Positions 52,701-58,929 of a DNA stretch of 58,929 nt are shown here, in pieces. The translations under genes and the position numbers were made by a program. The notes beneath the pieces were generated by a model. The model made no database searches. It was not told where the DNA came from and was given only the letters and a program-made list of their open reading frames with translations. The stretch comes from a virus (Duplodnaviria; Caudoviricetes): positions 1-58,929 of IMG/VR virus record IMGVR_UViG_3300020400_000001, one strand, 5' to 3'. Numbering within the stretch: the first letter of the stretch is position 1; every line of letters begins with the position of its first letter.

Positions 52701-55700
52701 TTCTGAATAAGTCTGTTCATTTTCTTTTTCTATAAAATCTTTAGCTTCTTTTATTTTTGCTTGCTCTTGTGCCAATGTTTCTTCTTTGGCTGAGTCTAAC
52801 TCTGCAGTTGGTTTGGAATAAACAACATCTGAAAAACCTAATCTACCGCTAGTAAGTTCTATATCTCCATATTTATCTGCAATAAAACCAGTTCCTAAGT
52901 TTTGCCAAAAGTCTAATGCAGAAGGTGTTATGTTTATTATGTTAAGTTTTTCTTTGCCATCTACTATATTAGGATTAGTAGACATAATAGTTTCAAGAAT
53001 AGCTTTAGCTATCCCATTGCCTTGTTGATTTTGGTCTATAAAAATATTTTCTAAATGAGTAATGTTTCCATCTTCATCTCTACCTATTGAAACTCCACCA
53101 ACTAAATCTGCTGGTGGTGAAGGTCTAAGATAAGCAGGGTCATCAGGAGATATATTGAGAGAGTCGTTTATTTCTTTAGCTACTAATACTAATGGAGTGT
53201 TGTAATTAAATGTAAGTTTTTCTCCTAGCTTTTCATTAAAGAAACCAAATTGTTTAAAACCAAGTAGTGCGTTATGCACAGGATTAGAAAAAAGAATATC
53301 TCTTATTTCATTACTAGGTTTGGCATAAACTTCATATAGTTCATATGTTCTATCAAAGATAAGGTCTGCTGCAAAAGAAGGATTAGTTTCAGTTGATTGA
53401 CCAGTCTTACTTAAAACAATATCTGTACTAACTCCATTTAAATCAACAGTAGCTTCTATCTTTTCATTGAGTCCACCTTTATCTTTAAAGTCTACAGATT
53501 TTTGTGGACTAATTTTTCTATTAAATGTCGGAAGGTCTACTATTTTTTCAGGGAAAAATCCCCATCTACCCCAGCCTCCATTACCATCCCAACGAAGTTC
53601 TCTTGCTCTTATAGTATATTCATGAAGTTTTGATGGAGTCTTGCTAGACATTATTATGCCCATTAAGTCTCTATCAATAAATTCATCTGCTTGGTTTCTA
53701 AGTCTTTCAGCAGTTAAATCAATAGCACCTGTTCTTTCAATATCTTGTTGTCTTAATCTTTCTCTTTCTGCTTCTCTAATTTGCTGTCGTGTTATTTGTG
53801 AATCTTTTACAAGTTGTACAGCTTCTGTTCTAAGAGGAGTTACTAAGTCTCCTTCTCGCAAATCTCTTTGTGGTGCAGCTTGATACACAGTTATACGAGC
53901 ATTAGGATTACCTTGTGCCTCTTGCAATGCTTGAAAAAATTGTTGCTCTTCTGCTAAAAGTTGTAAGCTATCTTTAATATATATAGCTTCATCAGTCTGT
54001 GGGTTTACCAAAGACTCCATTCCATTTTCTTCTACATATTTATTTATTTGACCAAATCTATTTCTATAAACAGAATAAATTTGAAACTCATTTGGGTCAT
54101 AAAGATTTCCGCTTACACCAAATGTTCCATACTGACCAAGTAATCCTTTGTAAAATTCTTTATCAGAAGTATTTTCATTTAAATTATCTGCAGGCGGACC
54201 ATACTGTGGAGGAACTAAATCAGCTACATGACCTGTAGAATTATCTCTATCTAATTTGAAAGCTTTAGGTTCATCAATAACATCTTTCAATGCTACTTTA
54301 ATAGGTTGTTCTCTTTCACCATCAGTATCTCCAGTAGCTTGAGGAGTATTCAAACTAGCACCAGCACCTACCAGTTGGTTAATCAGTATCATAGAGTCAT
54401 TAGCTGACCTAATTTTGTTTCTATCTCTTCTACCTATAACACCAGCTTCTATATCTTCTAGAATTTTATAAGGATTTCTAAAGTCAGAAATATAAATGCC
54501 ATTGAACATCTCTCTTATAAAATCAAAAAATCTTTGTACTCTAGTTCTTTGTGTACGATTTAAACTGCTTGGGTCTTTTGTATAAACTCTAAAAAACTCT
54601 GCAACAAATTCTTCATCAACCGCATAAGGTGGTAGCTTAAGTTCATCAACATAGTTTTTCTTTATTTTCTTTTGAACATCTTGAGGCAAAGCTGCTTTGG
54701 CTTCTTTAACTAATTGTTGATACTCTCCTTCTGTAAATAAACCTAAATTCCTCATAGCATGAATGACTTCATGGTTTAAATCTTGTACCATCTTTTCTTC
54801 TAAAGCAGGCATTCCACCAAAAGGCATCCCACCGGGATTAATACTAGCCATGTAAAAGAGCATTGTCTTATGTGCTTTATTGTATTCAGCATCTGGTTTT
54901 TCAGTACCTTCTTTAAAACCAATAACATTACCATTATCATCTCTAACAGCATTTTGCATACCCTTGTAATAATCGGTAATCTTTATCCTGACATCTTTAC
55001 TTAGACCTAGCTTCCTTAATCTTCGGTCTAAAGCTTTTGCTAAAGTATCATAGCTTTCTAAAGTAATTGGTGGTGGTAAAGTTAATACAGGTTTTGGTGG
55101 ACCAAATACTAACTTATCAACTTCTTCAGGAGTAAGTTGTGTTTGCTCTAATCTTTCTATGTATTCACCTTGAGTTTCATTATCAGGCGTAGCATTTTTA
55201 GATTGCTCTAGTTTATAGTTTGGATTGCCAAGAACTCGATTGCCTTTTTTTATAGCACGCTTACTAAATAATAAATCTTTTTTAAACTTATCTCTTTGTG
55301 TTTTAGTATTAACTAAATTTTGAGAATCAAAGTAAGTCTGTATTTCTCTATCAGTAATAGCACTATTTTGATATTGATTAGCAAAAGCATTTAATTGTTG
55401 CTCTGTATATTGTCGAGGCATTAAATCAGGTATAGAAGTTGGAGAGTCAAACCTAGGCAAAGCACCTAGTCTAGTCATCAACATTTCTTTTTGACCTAAG
55501 TTCATCTTAGAAAACTTAGCTTCGCCTGTAATAGTTTTTCTAATAAACTCAAACTCTGGACCAGTAATATTTCCTTTAATATTCTTAGCAGCTAATATTT
55601 GTTTGAACGCTGCTGGCGATACATCAATAGTATTATCTTCTCTTCTGCCTACTTCATTCAACAAACCATACTGTGCATCTAATTCAAAAAGAATATTTGC

Positions 55701-57656
55701 TCTATCTCTCATTAATTGATTAAAGTCAGCAGGTTTTAAAATTCTTTTTACTTCGTCTATTGTGTAATAACTTTTCTTACCAAAACCTTTTTTATCTGCT
55801 CTATTTTGGAAATCATTTAACAAACTAGAATTTTCTTCAGACAATAATGCTTCTTGCAAAGGAGATACTATCTCTCCATTTTCATATCTTTTTATGAGTT
55901 CATTTGCTTTTTCTGCACCAAACTCTCTTGTAAGTTCTTTCTTAAGTTGTGTTTTAGATTTCTTTTTATCTTGATATTCTGCAGGTATCTCATCTAATTT
56001 ATAAACAGGTTTTAATAAATTAATTTCTGATTCTAATCTTTCCCTAGCTTCTAAGTTTCCATCGCCTCTAGTCAAAGCATCTATTAACTCTAAAGTATTA
56101 ACAGATTTTTCTAACTCTTGTATTCTTTCAAAATCTTTTATCTGCCTTCTTCTTTCACCACTTACTACAGAATCAAGAAGCGCAACTCTCCTTGCATCTA
56201 ATATATTTCTTTTAGGGTCATATAAAATTTGTAGCAATCTTTTCATACTGCCACTTTCTGAAAATCCATTTATGCCAGCTATTTGAACTGCAATATTATT
56301 TATGTAATTAGTTCTTAAAGTTTCCTGTACTTCTAAAGCTTTATTAGAAGCTTCTTCTAAAGAACCAAGCACATCAACTTCTTCAGGTGGTGGTGGTCTA
56401 TTTTCTATCTGCACCTTTGGTATTAAAACTCTTGAAGTTTCATAAACAATTCCACTATCAACACCTACAACTGAAGAAGAACCATCCTCATTTTGTACAA
56501 CTTGTACTTCTTCTAATACAGGTAGTTCTTGTTTAGGCTCTGGAGTTGTATCATCTAATACTTCTTCGGCAACAGGTGGTTTATCTTGTACTATAGGTGT
56601 AGCTTCAAAATTAATATCTTTTGCTTGTTGTCTTTCTTGTTCTCTAGCATCACCCATTATTTTTCTAGAGTCTAATTCTTGTTCAACATCTATAGACTGA
56701 CCTATTTTATTTTTACCCATAAAACCACGAAGAACTAAATCAGCAGTAGCACCTACAGCACCACCAGTCATTGCACTATCTAAAAATGACTCTCCTATTT
56801 TTAAATTTTCGTTGTACATATTTGCAGCTATTGCATCTTGCATAATTTCAGCTACACCTTCTTGCAATCCTTCTACTCCACCAGTTGCAGCAGCAGACTT
56901 TAATCTATCAATGACATTTAATTTTTGTCCATCAGATTTAGTTAAGCTTTTTAATAATCTAGTAGGTGCAAATATTTCAGTAGCACCTACTGCACCACCA
57001 AATATTTCTGAAAATATTTCTTGTGTTGGATTTACACTTTCACCTTCTAGTTCTGCTCTTTCAATTCTACTGCCTTGCTCAGATATACCAGTTGGTACTG
57101 CAAATCCTAATGTTGCATTTCTTCTTGCTCTATTTAATCTAGTAGAAACTTCTTCTAATTCTTTAAGAGTTTTTGTTAGCTGTGTACCACCTTGAGTTTT
57201 TGCAAGCCTTTGTAATTGTGAAGCTTTGCCTGCAAGACCTGTAAGTTTTCCAACAGCAGTACCCGGAATCAAAAAAGAACCAAAAGAACCTAAACCTTGT
57301 CCAAACTGTGTACTAAACTTATCTTCATATCCTTTTGCTGGTTTTAATAATTCTAGTTCTCCAATAAAGTCTTGAGCATTTCTTAACGAATCTCCTATTG
57401 CAGAGTCATTGCCAATATCAAATATATTTACTACACCCTCAAGACCTGATAAAAGACCTTGTCCTAATCCTCTAGGTATACCTTTAGCTACCTCTAAGAC
57501 ATTTCCGCCTAGAGTAGTTTCGGTAGGTTCTTGGTATTGGGTAAAGTTATCGGGGTACTCTTGAGCAAGAGTATTTTGAAGCCTTATATAATAATCTCTA
57601 TCTGCATCTGCTGGAACATCTACATATCTTCCATCAGGTAAATTATATCTTGGCAT
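49710..57656 (-). CDS. Giant polyvalent internal virion protein (zincin-like HExxH, ART-like, GNAT-like, C-terminal LPD38-like)
   Basis: 2648 aa; NHEVIHAM...DEEFVAE; IFIDQNQQGNGIAKAIL; INFSRRG, IPFLNARIQG, RDDNWFI, IPVPFEVG. Confidence 0.8.
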   Translation of the reverse strand: MPRYNLPDGRYVDVPADADRDYYIRLQNTLAQEYPDNFTQYQEPTETTLGGNVLEVAKGIPRGLGQGLLSGLEGVVNIFDIGNDSAIGDSLRNAQDFIGELELLKPAKGYEDKFSTQFGQGLGSFGSFLIPGTAVGKLTGLAGKASQLQRLAKTQGGTQLTKTLKELEEVSTRLNRARRNATLGFAVPTGISEQGSRIERAELEGESVNPTQEIFSEIFGGAVGATEIFAPTRLLKSLTKSDGQKLNVIDRLKSAAATGGVEGLQEGVAEIMQDAIAANMYNENLKIGESFLDSAMTGGAVGATADLVLRGFMGKNKIGQSIDVEQELDSRKIMGDAREQERQQAKDINFEATPIVQDKPPVAEEVLDDTTPEPKQELPVLEEVQVVQNEDGSSSVVGVDSGIVYETSRVLIPKVQIENRPPPPEEVDVLGSLEEASNKALEVQETLRTNYINNIAVQIAGINGFSESGSMKRLLQILYDPKRNILDARRVALLDSVVSGERRRQIKDFERIQELEKSVNTLELIDALTRGDGNLEARERLESEINLLKPVYKLDEIPAEYQDKKKSKTQLKKELTREFGAEKANELIKRYENGEIVSPLQEALLSEENSSLLNDFQNRADKKGFGKKSYYTIDEVKRILKPADFNQLMRDRANILFELDAQYGLLNEVGRREDNTIDVSPAAFKQILAAKNIKGNITGPEFEFIRKTITGEAKFSKMNLGQKEMLMTRLGALPRFDSPTSIPDLMPRQYTEQQLNAFANQYQNSAITDREIQTYFDSQNLVNTKTQRDKFKKDLLFSKRAIKKGNRVLGNPNYKLEQSKNATPDNETQGEYIERLEQTQLTPEEVDKLVFGPPKPVLTLPPPITLESYDTLAKALDRRLRKLGLSKDVRIKITDYYKGMQNAVRDDNGNVIGFKEGTEKPDAEYNKAHKTMLFYMASINPGGMPFGGMPALEEKMVQDLNHEVIHAMRNLGLFTEGEYQQLVKEAKAALPQDVQKKIKKNYVDELKLPPYAVDEEFVAEFFRVYTKDPSSLNRTQRTRVQRFFDFIREMFNGIYISDFRNPYKILEDIEAGVIGRRDRNKIRSANDSMILINQLVGAGASLNTPQATGDTDGEREQPIKVALKDVIDEPKAFKLDRDNSTGHVADLVPPQYGPPADNLNENTSDKEFYKGLLGQYGTFGVSGNLYDPNEFQIYSVYRNRFGQINKYVEENGMESLVNPQTDEAIYIKDSLQLLAEEQQFFQALQEAQGNPNARITVYQAAPQRDLREGDLVTPLRTEAVQLVKDSQITRQQIREAERERLRQQDIERTGAIDLTAERLRNQADEFIDRDLMGIIMSSKTPSKLHEYTIRARELRWDGNGGWGRWGFFPEKIVDLPTFNRKISPQKSVDFKDKGGLNEKIEATVDLNGVSTDIVLSKTGQSTETNPSFAADLIFDRTYELYEVYAKPSNEIRDILFSNPVHNALLGFKQFGFFNEKLGEKLTFNYNTPLVLVAKEINDSLNISPDDPAYLRPSPPADLVGGVSIGRDEDGNITHLENIFIDQNQQGNGIAKAILETIMSTNPNIVDGKEKLNIINITPSALDFWQNLGTGFIADKYGDIELTSGRLGFSDVVYSKPTAELDSAKEETLAQEQAKIKEAKDFIEKENEQTYSEAVPRFNNKASDLAQKVAYEIEQENDESYKDLPTFRIDKQPVPKEHEKIVDDALGQIEDAPLSFWERVSEGTVFGNPSRWLTSLRAAIIDKYNKELQGIKKNVAANPDLENIERFAETGAYQAMLWTDKAKGIFASVIKDGFMTMKNGLASVEIDGRLNFINAFGRLYDLAQKESIDAEKLFGTYGVGIRSKTILDKNQYDENGKLVKGQPIPLQVNKEDGEIDLDATVAKIEQALAIGNEYKEVKEAWDIFTEINAKTIQFGIDTGMISDLAPIPEIRKALLDNGIESAKDASDAKLLLLAEQFNSVKGLQPENIIETRSTAQIWKDDASYYPFYRAMVNEAESKVNAPNIGGGILGGNPLAIPMRGKQEAVNVRPIEAILRNQLAILTAGMRNDAAQKLMRNHLLSRVDNADGDLELGAREVPSDKAQGIDIIPVFVDGRKKFFQVADPYYFEGLRTLGIQDDLGVISTFLGMPATLLRETVTRDPGFILINMLRDTMSASVTSGSRITPVIDTFRNFQLFGATDLRELERFGVLGGYDYSADSVDAVRFFDKKVKEAGFGENGSLNPKDAMIKVWDYLGRKTYESDGATRLGVYKKVLEATGSHTEAAFQASEIINFSRRGGHPIMSIITTAIPFLNARIQGLDVLYRSMTGKYSAGSPGAAVTSDNQIRNNIIKGFALRGGLLAMATLLYYAMVSDKDEYRARRREERDDNWFIFSSEGLPPLKIPVPFEVGVLFKTLPERIADVLMGQSSLEDLSRTSSRALTQTFMVDIFGFQAIKPFYEAYINNRSGFTGNRVVPDYIERSLEPRLQATPQTNEFIRLIGQGLNISPMKLEYALSGYGGTIGTYILSLIDAVTRGVTGKDIVTPTIDRLPLLKRIFASEVGAGVQQQFYELREESNRAIATINELKERGMFKEVQTFRANNEGLIETRPQVLRIDRYMKRYRDRRDAIKRDETISDEVKKELLMQLDLARNARLSKVPYLRTKIETFINQ

Positions 57657-57657
57657 A

Positions 57658-58929
57658 TTATGATTTAGTTCCTGCTGTTAAAGCATTGTTCAAAGCATCG
57701 GTATCATTTGAACTTGGACTTTTGCCTACTAAAGCTGAAAAAATTGTATCACTTACATTATTTATTTCTCTCATCAATCTAGTTCTTTCAGACTCAGTAG
57801 ATGCTTCGGTAAATAAATCTTTAAGCTCTCCTAAGTATTTAACTAAATCTGAGTTCTTAGAGTTTCTAGCTGCTGTAATAGATACATCTAATTTTTTCAA
57901 AGCTATATCATAATTAGCTTTGTCTTTAATATTAGCTCTTAAGTCTGCTCTATAATCTTTATCTTCTTGTTTTTGTCTGCCTTTAATAGCCATTAATTGC
58001 TGAGGCAATCCTGATAAATTTTTAAATAGTTCTTGAGGTGTTGCAGAGCTTCCTATAGCAGAACCTAAAGTCATAAGAACATTTGCATTAAGTTCTTGTT
58101 GTCTTTGTGCTGCAGTTGGCGGTTTAGGTGGTTCAGGCAACTCTAATTGAGGATTAGCTGATGCAAGTCCAGATGGTTTATCAGCAGGAGGTGTTTCTCC
58201 AAAAACAATAGGAGGTTCATCTCCTTTATTATTATTATCTTTTGGTGGCACAAAATCTTCAGGAACTTTTGGTCCGGGAGAAACGCCTTCTAATATTTCT
58301 CCTGCAAAACTTCTTCTATCAGACATTCTTCCAAAAGGAGAATCAACTTTTGGTTGAGCTAAAAAGTCATCTGACCTTCTCAAAACACCAGCTATTTGTA
58401 TGTCTCTTGGTCGAGAAAATCTAGCTAAACCGCTACTCAAAATTTTTGATATTTTTTGTTGCTCTTCTTCACTAGTTATACCACGCTCTTCTAATAATCT
58501 ATAAAGACCTTGTTCAGAAAAAGGAACATTACCCTCTATAGAAGGTGTATACATAAAAGTATTACTAAGCGCAGTTTGATTGCCAGTTTGATAACTAGTC
58601 AAGCCACCTTCTTGTTTTTTATTCTTAGGTTTATCTGTGGGTCTCCTTACATCTGGTGTAAAATTATCTCTTCTGCCAAGTAAATAATTAGATATTTGTT
58701 GTGGGTCAGGTACGTATCTAAAAAATTTATTAAGAAGAAAGTTATCAGGGTTATTTATAAGTCTACCTATTTGTTGGCTTTTTCTAAAACGCTCTAAATC
58801 AGACATTGATTCACTAAGACTTTTTGGATTAGTTGGACCTAATTCAGCACCAGCTAATTTATTTATTGCATTACGAAATTTTATTTCGTCTCCGCTAGCA
58901 TAACCAACCAAACCGCCATCAGCCATCAT
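57658..58929 (-). CDS. C-terminal 423 aa of the origin-spanning internal virion protein (starts at 311)
   Basis: Open to the window edge and in frame with 1-311 through the 20-bp overlap. Confidence 0.85.
   Translation of the reverse strand: MMADGGLVGYASGDEIKFRNAINKLAGAELGPTNPKSLSESMSDLERFRKSQQIGRLINNPDNFLLNKFFRYVPDPQQISNYLLGRRDNFTPDVRRPTDKPKNKKQEGGLTSYQTGNQTALSNTFMYTPSIEGNVPFSEQGLYRLLEERGITSEEEQQKISKILSSGLARFSRPRDIQIAGVLRRSDDFLAQPKVDSPFGRMSDRRSFAGEILEGVSPGPKVPEDFVPPKDNNNKGDEPPIVFGETPPADKPSGLASANPQLELPEPPKPPTAAQRQQELNANVLMTLGSAIGSSATPQELFKNLSGLPQQLMAIKGRQKQEDKDYRADLRANIKDKANYDIALKKLDVSITAARNSKNSDLVKYLGELKDLFTEASTESERTRLMREINNVSDTIFSALVGKSPSSNDTDALNNALTAGTKS
58910..58929. repeat. 20-bp terminal direct repeat, right copy
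   Basis: Identical to 1-20. Confidence 0.95.

Noticed and set aside
1-58929. tRNA genes, integrase/att site, introns or inteins
   Set aside because: No cloverleaf, recombinase motif or interrupted core gene recognised by eye

Overview
Apparently complete, circularly assembled dsDNA tailed-phage genome of 58,909 bp plus a 20-bp terminal overlap; one gene runs across the origin. Gene content is podovirus-like and the host is Gram-negative (spanins, sigma70 promoters, DnaA boxes); a marine proteobacterial host is my inference. The minus strand (31.8 kb to 1, continuing 58.9 to 49.7 kb) carries terS, terL, portal, GroES, scaffold, a Mu-gpT-like capsid, small very basic proteins, tail proteins, two S74 tail-fibre/adhesin pairs, a lysis region that contains a curli-like module (csgF, csgG, curlin-like, FecR-like), ejection proteins and a 2648-aa polyvalent protein. 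The mostly plus-strand arm (31.9-49.5 kb) carries an early operon (AAA ATPase, DUF3150-like, DUF2201/VWA, R-S-E ADP-ribosyltransferase), a primase-helicase and recombination genes. I found no DNA polymerase, integrase, tRNA or CRISPR array. Headline observation: four type III hammerhead ribozymes divide the early operon. Each is followed by the same leader (TTTTAACTTT ... GAGGTGCA-ATG). Just after the operon, a separately promoted and terminated ~98-nt RNA, preceded by tandem DnaA boxes, is complementary to both conserved leader elements of all four. This looks like a ribozyme-processing plus antisense-sRNA circuit that I do not know to have been described. All protein family calls are motif recognition by eye, not database searches.
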